DNA of 64,000 bases from Epithemia pelagica. Lineage: Eukaryota > Protista > Bacillariophyta. Position 1 is the stretch's first letter. Every line of letters starts with the position of its first letter. Where the stretch lies: NCBI GenBank assembly GCA_946965045.2, contig OX337239.1, forward strand, positions 434,001 to 498,000, given 5' to 3'. Both the position numbers and the translations under genes were made by a program. Of the stretch, positions 21,279-33,725 are shown in pieces. Below the pieces are notes generated by a model that saw only the letters and a program-made list of their open reading frames with translations, did not search any database and was not told the DNA's origin.

Positions 21279-22580
21279 TCAATATGGTTCCCCACTCTCA
21301 ACCCTGTGTGCACGAGCCCAAGCTGGCACGGAGCACTCCTCCCCAAACTCATGGCGAAGAGCAGTAGCAAAAGCAGTCAAGAACTGCTCTCGCTTGAATG
21401 CCTCAAGCTCGGAGGTCCCGATTTCTTCTTCGAAGCCTGTGAGGTCCTGCTCATATCGCACAGCAACTGCCTTTGCTCCAGCAATGTTTCCCCCCGTAGC
21501 GCTAATTCCTTCCATGCCGGACGGTCCAAAAGTCTCGTTCGGGCTCCCACCTTGCTTCGGCTTCGGGTCGCTTGGTTTCCCATCATTCGGTTTATCGCTT
21601 CCGCTTCCACCACCAGCTCCTCCGCCTTCCTTTATCGTCGGAAGTTGGAGTAAGTCACGTCGTTCCTCTACAGTCTCCATCATCTCCTTGAAATCTTTTA
21701 GCGCCTCCGTGCTGTCTCGATACCACACTCCTCTGATAGAGTGTTTACTCTCAAAACTCCAAATACCCCATCGAAGAAGGCAGTCAGTAGCCAAAAGTGC
21801 CACTCCTTCCCCATAAACGGACATCCTAGAAACAGACACGAGCTCCAGGTGCAATTGCGATTCGGAGAAGGGGTTTGTTCCGACCTTCAATTCGACAATG
21901 CCTCTGGCCTCCGAAAATACATTGTAGGTCGGCGGTGTCCATCCCTGGACAGCCAACCTCAAGTCCGTTTTCCCTATTGCCTTTCTCTTTCCTTTCTTGA
22001 CTTCTCGAAGCTTGAAGCCGGTCACAGAGACAATCTCGAGCGGCTTTTTCATGTCTTGTGGCTTCATTAGGGCGGTGAGTCTTTCCCCTGCAGCGGGCGT
22101 CCTCGCCTCTTCACTGGGTTCCCAATGAAATTCGTGCTGTTGCACAGTCCCTTTTTCGCTTCTGGGTTTCATGGAAATTGCATAGCCCAGCTCAGTTAGC
22201 AGGTTATCCGTAAAATCTTGTTTCGCTTTCGACATTATGGCTGTTTCAGTTTTCTCGTCTTCAAAGGCTTCTTTGACAGCCTCCTTCACAACAGACCCCA
22301 AGGAGGCTGCGCTTTTCGTCTCTTTTTGTGTGTCTTCAAAGGCTTCTTTGACAGCCTCCTTCACAACAGACCCCAAGGAGGCTGCGCTTTTCTTCTCTTT
22401 TTGTGTGTTGATGAATGAAATGAAGCGAGCCCTCTTGCTCAAGTTTTCCTCACCGTCGACTTGAAACGCTGTGAACCAAGCATTCCTATCCTCGCCTGTC
22501 AGGTCAACTCCATCGAATGGTACTTTCAACGTCTTGGCCATTCTGGACCATTCCTCCTCCTCTTCTTCGTCGACTTCCAT
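21279..22580 (-). CDS. Crinkler-like PD-(D/E)xK (restriction-endonuclease-fold) domain protein
   Basis: GKTD...GIVELK...Q...LEL...VALLATD..W pattern; likely ATG at 22580 (the ORF track extends upstream into TE-derived sequence). Confidence 0.55.
   Translation of the reverse strand: MEVDEEEEEEWSRMAKTLKVPFDGVDLTGEDRNAWFTAFQVDGEENLSKRARFISFINTQKEKKSAASLGSVVKEAVKEAFEDTQKETKSAASLGSVVKEAVKEAFEDEKTETAIMSKAKQDFTDNLLTELGYAISMKPRSEKGTVQQHEFHWEPSEEARTPAAGERLTALMKPQDMKKPLEIVSVTGFKLREVKKGKRKAIGKTDLRLAVQGWTPPTYNVFSEARGIVELKVGTNPFSESQLHLELVSVSRMSVYGEGVALLATDCLLRWGIWSFESKHSIRGVWYRDSTEALKDFKEMMETVEERRDLLQLPTIKEGGGAGGGSGSDKPNDGKPSDPKPKQGGSPNETFGPSGMEGISATGGNIAGAKAVAVRYEQDLTGFEEEIGTSELEAFKREQFLTAFATALRHEFGEECSVPAWARAHRVESGEPY
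22258..22407 (-). repeat. 75-bp (25-aa) in-frame tandem duplication inside the nuclease-like ORF
   Basis: KSAASLGSVVKEAVKEAFED occurs twice. Confidence 0.95.
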
Positions 22581-22643
22581 CGCGAGTTCCGCCGTCAGCA
22601 CAGAGCTGTTGACTGGCCACTCAGAACTCAGAGAGCAGAGTGA

Positions 22644-23149
22644 TGTCTTATACGCTTCGTATAAGTCAACTTCTAAAAGACTGAGATTAACAACTACAAA
22701 GATATCGTCCAAAACCAGTAAGGTGGTATTCGGTAATGACCGTGACCCCATTCGTGACTGCAATCCCGCAACGGGCTAGGAGAAACAGTCCCCGCAAGAG
22801 ACGTAGGATCTTGCTCCTAGAGGTTAGCGGGGTTCCCGAGAACACGCGAATCGACTGATGGTGGTCCAGAGGATCCAAAAGCAGAGGAGTAGGTGAACTG
22901 AGATAAGAGTTCATTTCGCCGCTCCCGATGGAGCATCTTGGTGAACAAATCTGCAATGTTCGTGGCAGTGTCTTCTTTGCCCACGCGAAGGATCCCAGCA
23001 GCAGCGGCTTCTCGCACAGCATGACAACGATGCCAGAACGAGACCGCCCTCAGTCGGCACATGTCGTTGAATCCGACAAGACAAGCAGCCAAGAGTGACC
23101 GTCTTGGATTGGCGGCGAATGGCCTCCACTGTTGGGTGGATGTCGACAC
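22644..23149 (-). mobile_element. Ty1/copia 3' remnant (RNase H C-terminus, possible PPT and short LTR)
   Basis: CHAVREAAAAGILRVGKEDTATNIADLFTKML is a Copia RNase H tail; followed by gcgggac|TGT...ACA (22787-22644), a tentative LTR. Confidence 0.75.
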
Positions 23150-24160
23150 GCGTTTGCATCGGTGGTTGTAAACGCTGATTGCAGTTGTCTTCCTGGTAGA
23201 AATGATTTGGTGGGGGTTATTGGAGGATGTATTGACTGTAAAGCAACAAACTCAGTCATACTCCTGAATGTGGGAGAACAAAACAAGAAGTGGATCAAGG
23301 GGCCTCCCTTAAACGAAGAACGATCCGGTCATGCTGCCGTGGTGGGAAACGGCAGTGTTTACGTCCTGGGAGGATCCGGAAGCGACACCATTGAACGTAT
23401 CCGGGTCGTTGATTTACTGGGAACCAAGAAGGATGACAATATCGGATGGAAGCTTTTGAAAAAGTGCCGGTTGTCCACAAAAAGACATGATTGTGCAGCA
23501 GCCATGGTTCAAAACCGTTTTATCGTGGTTGTCGGTGGACATGAAGCCTCGTCCTCGGTTGATGTGATTGACATGTCATCCACGCACTGTCACAGAGTTT
23601 GTTCGGGATCTTCTCTCAATGTTCCTCGTTCGTTCTGTACTGCGGCAAGCATTGGTTCACGAGTCTACGTTGTTGGTGGATATGATGGAACGACTGCACT
23701 TAATTCCATCGAGCATTTGAACCTGGACACGAAAAACGAAGCAAAAGACAATCTGGAAGGACTATCATGGACTCTTGACGAAGGGGTCGTCGAATCTCGT
23801 CGCTATGGCCACGGCATGGTGCAATGTGGAAGTTGCCTGGTTCTTGCCTACGGTTGCGCTCATTTCCATCGTGGATCGTTTTGTGCGTCTGATTCCGTCG
23901 AAGTTTTTGATACCTTATCGTATCAAAAATGGAATCTGAAACCTTGTACTGAAACACTTGGAAAAGTCAACGGAATGGTAGCCTTCCGCGATGGGATTGC
24001 GGTCCTCGGTGGACAGTTTGGAATGTTTCTGGACGAGTGTCAAACACTTGATTGGATGGACAACAAGTCGAGGGTTTTTTCCCAACTGATGCGAAGCGAT
24101 CCACCTATGCTTGGAACAAAAACGCAAACGAAAACGTGTGGAACCTGTGGAAGCAGCTGA
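23132..24160 (+). CDS. kelch-repeat protein, apparently 5'-truncated
   Basis: Several GG..W..R..H/A kelch repeats (WIKGPPLNEERSGHAAVV..VYVLGG; RVYVVGGYDG); no ATG start; abuts the Copia remnant. Confidence 0.75.
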   Translation: MGGCRHAFASVVVNADCSCLPGRNDLVGVIGGCIDCKATNSVILLNVGEQNKKWIKGPPLNEERSGHAAVVGNGSVYVLGGSGSDTIERIRVVDLLGTKKDDNIGWKLLKKCRLSTKRHDCAAAMVQNRFIVVVGGHEASSSVDVIDMSSTHCHRVCSGSSLNVPRSFCTAASIGSRVYVVGGYDGTTALNSIEHLNLDTKNEAKDNLEGLSWTLDEGVVESRRYGHGMVQCGSCLVLAYGCAHFHRGSFCASDSVEVFDTLSYQKWNLKPCTETLGKVNGMVAFRDGIAVLGGQFGMFLDECQTLDWMDNKSRVFSQLMRSDPPMLGTKTQTKTCGTCGSS

Positions 24161-24899
24161 TTCATGCCCCGCACGAAAACGACAACGTGTGGATCCTTAG
24201 TAGACACATAAAGATGCATGTCTGGTGGCCAACGAGATGGTGCGGGTCCCACCGAGACAGTCGGAGGTCGGCCTACCTAGTTAGGAGTATATAAAGTAGA
24301 CCCGGAGCATAAGAAATATTTCAGCTGTAGGGTTTTGTTCCTACATGCACAAACACACGTACATGTACTACATGTCGGTTGGCCAATGATGGTGCCGGTA
24401 TGCTTCAGACTATCGTAGTTCGACAATTGCACTATGTAATAGTACGATCCCACATGGCATGCATGGTACAACCGGCCCTGGGCATGACAAGGGCAACCAG
24501 ACTCACTTGGTGACTCCATGAACGCGGCACGTGATTCTTGTTCCTCGTACCATACACCTCGCGGTTCCGAGAGGTACTAACTAGGGGATCAGGAATGATT
24601 GAAAGTATATTGGTCGGCAACTCCATCTGGTTGCTTCCCGCGCAAGTATATATCGTTGACTCTCTCAGTTTCCTGTTCCAGTCGAACTGTACTTCCCAAA
24701 TGTTTGAGACAAAGATGCCCGAGACCATGGGTGAATGAGATTTTGCGTGCGTCCAGGTGCCTCAACCTTGTTTCACCGGCCGAATTTATGGCGCCTTTGC
24801 TCCACCAGCGTCTGTTGTATCACGAGGCTTTCTTGTGAACGCCATCTTGTGAAAGTCATTGTCCAGTGTAGAATGTGGAGTCGCATGCCAGCGGTCGAA

Positions 24900-25260
24900 A
24901 AATGCAAAAGCCGTAAAGGAAACTTGTGTGTCGTATCGGCTCGAGAATCTTGAAAAGGTATACGTGTGTAATGGAGCTGTTGAGCAGCCATGTTTTGGGT
25001 TCGTAGATGGTCTGTTTCAACTGTTCCTTCCATTCCGTCAATGATAGTTCCACAGAACGACACTTGATCTTTTTAGGTTGCATGTAATAGATGTTCAACC
25101 CATTCTCTAAAGGGTTTCAATGCTTTTTCCCACTTGTCCCTTCCATGGACGGTGCTGCACGTGGTCCTTCGGATTGTTACATGCCTTTGGGAGATGGCTT
25201 TTCGTTTTGCGACTGTTGTTGTTGCAATCGCAATTGTTGTTCTTGATGCAACTTGTATCG
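24900..25260. repeat. degenerate dispersed duplicate, copy 2
   Basis: Aligns with about 20050..20430. Confidence 0.8.
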
Positions 25261-25935
25261 TTCGAGCGCATACTCCTTGAGTTCCTTGGGTGCGGTGGTG
25301 GCGATGCCATAGACAAAAATACCAGCCAGTACAGTTCCAATGGTCCATCGGACGATGCGACGAAGGGTGGACAGGGGATTGAATTTTTGAACCGTCGACG
25401 AGACCGAGTCTGCCACGGCCCGGGAGGTTTGGACCGCCGCACGACTTGTCTGCGTCGCCGTGTCGGCCGCTTGTTGGGCCATGCGATGCGAGTGTTGGTG
25501 CAAGGCCGAGGAGGATTCTTGGGCCGTTTCACGCAAGGATTGAGCGGCCGCTTGCGATTGTTCTTTCCACTGCGTCGACGACTGTGCGGCTGCGTGTCGC
25601 AAGGAATGTGCAGCCGCCTGTGATTGACGTTGCGCAGCCGTTTGGAGATTCTCCAAGGTCTGTTTCGATTGTTCTTGCCACTGCGTCGAGGACTGCTTGG
25701 CTGCTTGTCGCAACGATTCCGCTGCCGCTTGCGATTGCTGTTGTGCTTGGGCTTTCAACGATTCCAATGTCGCTCGAGACTGTTGTGTCGCAGTATCCTT
25801 GGCGGACTGAAGAGTCTGGGCCAATTGATCTTGGGCGGCTTGTTTTTGGGAACGCAGTGTGGTACGGGCTTGATCCACCGTCTGTTCCAAGTGTTGGCTC
25901 ACCCATTGACGGCCTTGATTCCACCAACGACTCAT
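25177..25935 (-). CDS. Q/A-rich amphipathic-repeat (LEA/apolipoprotein-like) protein with one C-terminal TM helix
   Basis: Repeats of QSQAAA.SLR.AA.QSSTQW.EQS; hydrophobic WTIGTVLAGIFVYGIA segment. Confidence 0.65.
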   Translation of the reverse strand: MSRWWNQGRQWVSQHLEQTVDQARTTLRSQKQAAQDQLAQTLQSAKDTATQQSRATLESLKAQAQQQSQAAAESLRQAAKQSSTQWQEQSKQTLENLQTAAQRQSQAAAHSLRHAAAQSSTQWKEQSQAAAQSLRETAQESSSALHQHSHRMAQQAADTATQTSRAAVQTSRAVADSVSSTVQKFNPLSTLRRIVRWTIGTVLAGIFVYGIATTAPKELKEYALERYKLHQEQQLRLQQQQSQNEKPSPKGM

Positions 25936-26710
25936 CTTCTTGTTTGTGGACTACTACTTGATTCCTTTGATTACTCTTGCTTTCCTTTGACGCACACAAT
26001 GAGAAAGCAAAGAGACGAGGTGCGTTCAATGAATGAAGACGACGTCGTCAACTCCCTTTACAGACAACAGACGCAGTCTACAGTATTGACTGACAGTCCG
26101 TAAAGAAGTGGCGATCATGGCTACAAAAGAAGTAGCTACCCCCTCTTCGGATTCCAAAAGTGTGTGGCTTACCTCTAGTGTTTCGGTGGATGCTTTTTGG
26201 TGGGAACCCGCTGGACGATTTAGGGTCTCTCTAGAGTATATTCAAGAGAAGAGACCTGATCAAGTATATATATACTTTTTCGAGAGACATTGTGGTTCCG
26301 ATCACTTTTCCTCTCTCGGGCAGCACCGAGAGAAGCGGCACACAATCTGCAAAACACTCGAGTATATGTATCCTTTTTTTTCAGGAAAACCAACACACCG
26401 AAACCATTCACAGGGGAATCGACTTGGTTCATTTTTTGTGCGGACGGAACGTGGTTGGATGAATTGCTGTTGTATTTCGTGTGAATGACGAGTATGTGGT
26501 TGTTATTCTTGTCGCCTGGATGGGGTGCACATGGATGGAACACTAGAAAAAGTAAAACAAATCATTTTAAAAGTATAGAGCGAAAAAAGAGCAATGTTTG
26601 CGTGGATTGAATGGACTGGTTGGTACGAGAGCTTGTTGTGTGTGTGATGTGTGGTGTGGTGGGATCATGGAACACTCCGTGGTTCGATTTGGTTGCGGAT
26701 TACGTCTTCA

Positions 26711-27802
26711 TCATGAGGTGGTCGGTGGTGCCGGTGCCGATGCCTCGGCGGCGGCCTGTGATGGGTCTGCAGGGGCTTCCTCATTTGGATTTGGATTGGC
26801 TGTGGTAGTGTTGTTGTTGTTGTTGTTATTGGCGGCCACGACATTTTGTTGGGCTTGCAAACTCAAATTTTCAATATTGGTCAAAATGACCGTGGCGGGG
26901 GTAATCATTTCGGACGATACGGAGGGATCTTCCAAACTATCGGCATCTTCGTCGTCGCATTCTTCCAATGGATCCAGGGCCACCTTTTCATCGCCAGCAT
27001 CCGTCAAACTATTGGCCCGGCTGGCATTGCTGCTACTGGACATGACCTTGACATCGGAAAAGGCATGGACGTCTTCCATGGTTTCGTCACTGAGGCGTTC
27101 ATTGACCGAGGGGAGCGAATTGGTCAGCGTGTGCGAACCCTTGCCACCACGACCCGATTTACTCCCATCCAAACTTGAATTGCTATTGGAATTGCTCAAG
27201 ACATCCAAATCTTGAATCAAGGCCCCCGCACGATCGTACAAGATATCGGAATCGACCAAATCTTCCAACGACGAAATAGAAGAATTGCCATCGGTTGTGG
27301 CTGCCGCAGTGGCAGTCGTACTGCCCCCACCCGTCCGTTGTTGTAATTGAAAGGAGGGACTCTTGGATCGCTGTGCAGATCCGTGCAAGTGGTGATGATG
27401 GTGATGATGATGCAAATGATGAGGCGTCATATTGGGCGTCGAACTATTACGTCGTTGCGATTGGGGATCGCTGCTTGCCGATCCAGTCGAACTGACCGAA
27501 TTGTTGTCACTTCCTCCTCCTACCGAACTGTTGGCGGACGATGGTAAATTGGGCAAACTCACATGTCCAATCGAATGTCGATTTCCTTTCAACCGAATCG
27601 CCGAAGTAGACCGTGTGGCATGAATACGACCCGGTGGCAAATCGGATCCCTCGTCTTCTTCCTCCTCGTCGTCGTCCGGGGCATACCCTCGAATTTCCGA
27701 ATCCACATCGTGTTCGGCGGCGGCGGGTTGCGCGGTCGTTGTTGTTGTGTTGGAAGAGGATGCTGGTTCCTCCACCAAGGCGGAGACAGATTCTCGTTGC
27801 AT
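26711..27802 (-). CDS. low-complexity Ser/His/acidic hypothetical protein (363 aa; 5' exon possible)
   Basis: Long ATG ORF with poly-H, poly-S and poly-N tracts. Confidence 0.6.
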   Translation of the reverse strand: MQRESVSALVEEPASSSNTTTTTAQPAAAEHDVDSEIRGYAPDDDEEEEDEGSDLPPGRIHATRSTSAIRLKGNRHSIGHVSLPNLPSSANSSVGGGSDNNSVSSTGSASSDPQSQRRNSSTPNMTPHHLHHHHHHHHLHGSAQRSKSPSFQLQQRTGGGSTTATAAATTDGNSSISSLEDLVDSDILYDRAGALIQDLDVLSNSNSNSSLDGSKSGRGGKGSHTLTNSLPSVNERLSDETMEDVHAFSDVKVMSSSSNASRANSLTDAGDEKVALDPLEECDDEDADSLEDPSVSSEMITPATVILTNIENLSLQAQQNVVAANNNNNNNTTTANPNPNEEAPADPSQAAAEASAPAPPTTS

Positions 27803-28882
27803 TTTGTCCGAGAAAGAAACGAGGAGAGTCAGTCAGTAACACGAATCTTGGTTGCGGTGTCGAGTGTTTGGAACGAAATCTTGGGAGATCGATTGCGTTC
27901 GCAGATTGGGGTTGGTGTTCAAGAGGCAGCGAGATGCGAGATTCTGTGTAGAGAGCAAAAAAGATTGTTGCAGGGGGATACGAATGAAGCTTTTGTTGCT
28001 GGTGGTGAATCCCAAAATCCCAATAGCAGCTTGGTTTCCGACAGCGTCAACAGAGCCTTCGCGTTTTTCTCTTCAATACAGCGTGTGCTGTGCCCAAATC
28101 AAAACACACACGAACACAAAAAAAGAACGCAGCAACCTCTCCTTCCTCTCTCTGGATTCTCCAGATGCGAATGATAGAGCTATCGTGATGTCGTATGTGC
28201 ATTTGTACGAGTACTCGTAGTTCTCTCGCTGCTTGACGCTTGACAGGTTCCAGTTGGAATTTTTTCCCAATTGGGCAGACGGCATGAGAGCGTGACTTCG
28301 GTGTGAGTGATGCGCTGGCGCACGATGGCTCACCATGATGTGCCACTGGGGATTAAACCTCACAGCATTGTGATATTTCTATCGTTATTTTATCTTGAAA
28401 AACACGTTTTATTCTTCTCGCTTGGAAGTATCAGAAGGCCTACTACCTCTCAAAGAGAGATTCGTTGGTCGTGTCCCAACGAGTATCTCGCGCAAGCCCA
28501 TTCGTGATGGAGAGAGTATTGTAGGTAGCTGCGCGTTCTCTCCAGCTGGTAATCCACATGAGTCGATTCATGATTCATCTATCGGGATCGGGATAGGTCA
28601 GCTATGTCAACTGGAGGTAGGAGAAAAGTCCCTCTCATTTCTCATTTCTCATTTCTCATAGGAGTAGGAATATGGATTGCTCCGATTCGACTCGTCTACT
28701 CTAGCTAGTTGCGAGACGATTTGGACTTGGGAATGTCGAGATTACGGTTAATGCACTAACGATCCTTCTCCAATTACAAATATACACATAGTCTTATCCT
28801 CCTCCTTCTTCCCCACCTCCACCAGAGAGAGATACTGCTGACGCTGTTCGTCGTGTCCGCCACACGGCCACGTTGGCTCCGA

Positions 28883-30137
28883 CTATTCCTCTCCATACGC
28901 TTCCTCACCGTCTTGCGGTTGTTCTTCTTCTTGATCCAGTTTGAGATCGTCCGTGGCCGCACCTGGACCATATTGGAGTTCATAGGCTTCTTGTTCCTCC
29001 TCCGTGTAGGCAATGGAAGGTACCGGCACAATCAAGTTGCAAATGGCATCCACCAATTTCAAAATCGTGGCCACGGACAAGCAAATGAGACCATTGCCAC
29101 TATTCCTACACATACACAGACAGGAGCACACGCGCCAAAAAAAGAATCCGACACGGTTCCATCCAGAAAAAACGAAACAACGATTGTGAGCAATAATCGT
29201 TATGGACGGGACGACAACAAGTTCAACGCAAGCACATGGATCTTTCTCAAAGCACACAACAACCAGAGACCAAATAGAAGGTTTCCAACAAAATAGAAGA
29301 GAGGGTATAAACGTACCAATCAAAGTCCATGAGGACCGTCTCCGCATCTCCCGTGTAGCCGTCTGGTACCGGTGTGGAATTGCCGACAAAGTATTCGACT
29401 TGACCTTGATAAAAGCCATCAAAGCAGGCATTGGAATAATTGAGGAGGGTATACATGGTCAATGCAATGGAAATAAAGGCCACGATGGCACCGTAGAACT
29501 TTTGACAATTCAAATCATACGTCGGATACATGCGCAAAATATCGGTAAAGATACTTGGGAGATACAAGACGGTACTGGAAATGACGGATCCGACATAGGC
29601 TTGACTGGATTCTTCACAATCGCCGCATTGTTCGTCGTTAATGTAGCGTTCCAATTCTTCTTCCAACAAGTCACAAAATTCATCAAAGCCCGTGACGGTA
29701 TCTTGCACTGGGCTGTTGGGATTGCGGCCGGCCACGGCTCGCAGACCAATCCAAATTTCAATCGATTCGACGGTGGATGTCGGATCGACGGGGTCGACAC
29801 GGCCTTCACTAAAGGATGCAGTCGTTAAAATGCCATGGTCTTTGGAAACGGCAAAGCAACTAAAGACGGTCAACCCGAGACCGATAATATTGGCCAACAA
29901 CCCAATCGTAAAGACAATCCGACGAACCCTGGTACTGTCGTCGTTTTGCGCCTTGGTACAACCGACATGGCCAAAGGCCTTGCAGGGACAAATGGGGTTT
30001 TGTTCCAAAAACCAAGGGCACCACTTGACGCAGGGAGGAACCCAACAACAGGGCAGGGGAGGTTTGCCTCCTTCCGGATTGTCGCCATAGGAATGACCAT
30101 CGCAACGATCCACAATGTATTGCTTGTACTTTACCAT
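28883..30137 (-). CDS. multi-pass membrane protein (claudin/amastin-like 4-TM topology), 2 exons
   Basis: Exons 30137-29317 and 29105-28883 join in frame (FDW|NSGNGLICL) across a gtacgt...tgtag intron; hydrophobic helices and a Cys-containing loop. Confidence 0.65.
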
Positions 30138-31994
30138 TCTTGTCGTCTTGCTCGTCGTCGTAGCAAGCACTTGCAATTGTTCCAACCCGTCCTGGTTCTA
30201 GGGTCTCCTCAAGGATATCTTCTGAAAGAGAAGTATGACAATCAGAAGATGCAAGAATCCACAACTTTGTGTGAATCAATGACACCGAAAATTGTGGCTA
30301 CCACCAAAAAGTTGCACTCCAACTGCAGATACTATAATTCCCAAGGGTCCCTTTCTATTGGTTGCTCTTTCTTGTCGTCGTCACCTGTTGTCGTCGTCTT
30401 CCTTTTTTTTTGTTCGCGCCATGGTAATGACATGAACGGAAAACATTGTAGATCCCAGTGGAGAGGAGTGAAATGAGGGACTTTCATGACAGACGTTCGG
30501 AGAAACTTTCAAAAATTAGACTGACATTCAGACAGACCATCCAGTGACCGTCGATGTCTCCATTACTCTTCCATATTGACTTAAAGAAAATGACCCTAGT
30601 TGTCTTGTCAGTGCCACTTAACCCTCCGACTAGGTGTCCGCTTCTTAGCCCCCCAGCCGCTCTCCGCGACCAACCATTTTAATTTTGGTTTTTTTGCGTT
30701 TTTGATGAAACTTTCGGGTCAAAATGAAAATGATCACGCCGGCCTTCTGGGTCACCGTATTGAAATTTTGTGAGCAGGCGTGCGCACTTTGACCGTTGGT
30801 CTTCCCCATTCTTGATTGTCGTCCCAAGTTGCGACCCACATTATTTTCACTACGCACCTTTTGACATGGATAATGGACATGCACCATCACAATGCATTCT
30901 CCATCATCTGCACACCATGGACATTTGACATATAGACCATAGATAGTGTTTTGCTCTACCCCATCCTTTCTTTGTTTTTTCTAGGAGAAGTGTGGTTGTT
31001 TCTAGTGTTTGTGTCCGTTTAAAAGTGGACCCTCCTCCACAACACCATGCCGTTGCCGTAGGCTTGTCTCTTAGCAACCACATACAGTCCTATTTTAGAA
31101 TACGTCTCTTTCTAGTTGCGTTATGGAGCATATAGAGTGTAGAGTCCCCTGCACTGCTGGGAAAGACAAGTCATGCTCATGGCAACAAAAAAAGAACAAC
31201 AGGAGCAGGTCGACATCACAATCCACTAAAGACCCAAACTGAGCGACAGCAGAGGAAAAATGGATGGCTTCCTCCACTTATCCTACCTACTCCTAATTGA
31301 GGTCTATAGCTCTATTTTGTCCTATAAGAATCCTACGAATGATGCCAGCAGCCCCACATGGCATCGACCAAAATGGATGTTTCATGGCACAAACAAATGA
31401 CACACTATGGCAACTGGCAACGTAGTGAGAGCCTACAACTAAACATTGTCCATTCCAATGCAAGTATTAGCCATTCCAGAACTTACCATGATGGATGTGC
31501 AGTGACAAAGATGAGATGAGATGGCCAGGGACGAAGCATGCCGTTTTTGGTGTTGGTTTGGTCATTGCCTCGTTTTGTTGCCTGCATCGATTTTGTGACC
31601 CGTTAACTCACTGAGAACACTATTTTGAGTCTTGTTGAGCAGAACGCCTGCCATCTTCCAACTGTCACATCACGCCAGCCTTTCCACCGATGGATGTAAA
31701 ATTTCCATTCATTTTTTGTCTGTGAGATTGGGTTTGTCTTGCCCGAACAGACGAGCTAAGAAGCGGACATCTAGTCGGAGGGTTCCCAAGTTTAACCCTA
31801 TCCCTAAAAACGAAAGTTTCCCCGAATGTCTCTATAAAGGCCTGAAAAAGTCAAATGAAAGACTTTCGGATAGCTTTTTGAGAGACGTTCGGAGTTTTAG
31901 GATAGCTTTTTGAGTCCAAGCAGGGCAAATCTGCGATAAGCGACGGCAACAATGGCAAGCGATGACAACGCCAACGACAAGTGACCAAAACACT

Positions 31995-32135
31995 TGGCGC
32001 AACAACAACAACAACAAGCCAAACGCAACAATCAACTACTCGCTGCTGCCGAACGAAGCACTTCGAGACGCCATCACCAACAACAACAACCAAAACAAGC
32101 CACATGCAACAATCAACTACTCGCTGTCACCGAAC
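31995..32135 (+). repeat. AAC-rich ~80-bp direct repeat
   Basis: caacaacaac..caagcca..gcaacaatcaactactcgctg occurs twice. Confidence 0.7.
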
Positions 32136-33725
32136 CAGGGACAACGACATGCGGCGACAATGAACTGCTCGTTTCGGCCAAACGGCAAAACAATCGGCGA
32201 CGACGGCACAGCAACAGAGCACCGTCCTCTGTCATGAACACAGTGATAGGTAGAGCAACCCAAATGGTCTAACCTCGCCTACCGGATGCAAAAACCCTAA
32301 CGCGACAACCAACTATTCATGCAGGCAAAAGACAGGATGGGATGAACGACGAACGCAGACGAAACGATTGCCTACAACCTACTACACATACAAGCATGTA
32401 CAAAGCTGGGTAGATGCTCTCTACTTGTAGCTGTTCATATGCATACGAGCTCGTAGACGAGGCGGGTTGATTGTTGTGCTATTAGCGCCTCCTCATTTAT
32501 CAAATAAGTTTTGAATTATGAAAAGTAGGAGCACTCAAAGTCGGATGCGCAGTACGGGGACATAAGATTGGTAAACCAGAGTTCCCCACTCTACATGTGC
32601 AAGCAATGTGCATATATCTTTAGGATGAATTGTTTGGAATAGTCATTGTGATAAAACTGGGGCTCGTCTAGATTGACAAACCGTGTTGAAGGTGCTCGTA
32701 TGCGTAGCTGGGGTAGAGTTTTGGCTACTTTTCCTTTGGCGCTCTAACTGGACAAGAAGAGGGGCTATACGTCTGTCCATTGCTGGTATCCAGTCCTAAT
32801 ATAGTAATGTACATGACAAATAGAAACGATGCCCAGAGAGAATTCTCGTAGCGCAAAAAAACTATTTATCCGAAAGTCCTTCTAAATGTTCCTCTAAAAG
32901 TCCCTCATTTCCCTATTCCCATCCCAGTGTCCTTGAAGTGTACACGGCGTCTAAAATTTTGTGGGGAAACCAGATACGCAAGATCCTTCGTTCATAGAGC
33001 GAACGAGGCGCGATCATCCAACGAAAGCGACTCATATGCGACAGACTAGAAAATGAAGATCTATGCCATGGGACGATTCGGTTGTCGGGATAGCTTTCAG
33101 CTTACACTGCTCTAGTAGAGGAACCATCATCTTTCTTGTTTGGCAGCATGGTACGAAGAGCCAAGGAATGATTTGGGACGTTGCAGTCTCCGACTCTAGG
33201 CAATGGCGAACCCCTATTCTACTGGCGATTGTCGTACAAATCGTCTTGACAAACTACTTCTATTAGTAAATTGGATCCCTCCCACCAACCCATCCGTGTC
33301 ACACTATAGAAACGGAGTGACGATTCCAAAGACATGCCTTTGTTGTCAGACACGCTTGCATTGGCGACAGAATGCGGATAGGAACGTTTGGGGAGTTGGT
33401 CTCCTCACCAGCACCTGTTGCCTCCAAAACGTTCGTGTCCTGCTTTGCCTGTCGACCACGAGGATTGGACCACGTGGTAGCAATTCGTATCGTCCGTGCG
33501 ATCGTCGTCGTCGTCGTCGTGGTTTTGTTTGCAGGGTCCATCCTGATCGAGCCGGTGGTTGGGCATGATACTGTCCTGTCGATTGTCTTTTTCCATACAA
33601 ATAGAACTGTCGTTCGACCAGCAAAGGTAATGGCGTCCACCCATGGCGCGATACTAACCTTTGAGTTCCACCGCCGTGGGTCCTTTTGTCGATAGGGACA
33701 GTTCCCATTGCGGGGCACCAGGATC

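Noticed and set aside
30480-33200. Possible DNA-transposon remnants in the long non-coding stretch (shared agacgttcggag at about 30492 and 31883)
   Set aside because: No transposase motifs, TIR pair or TSD could be supported
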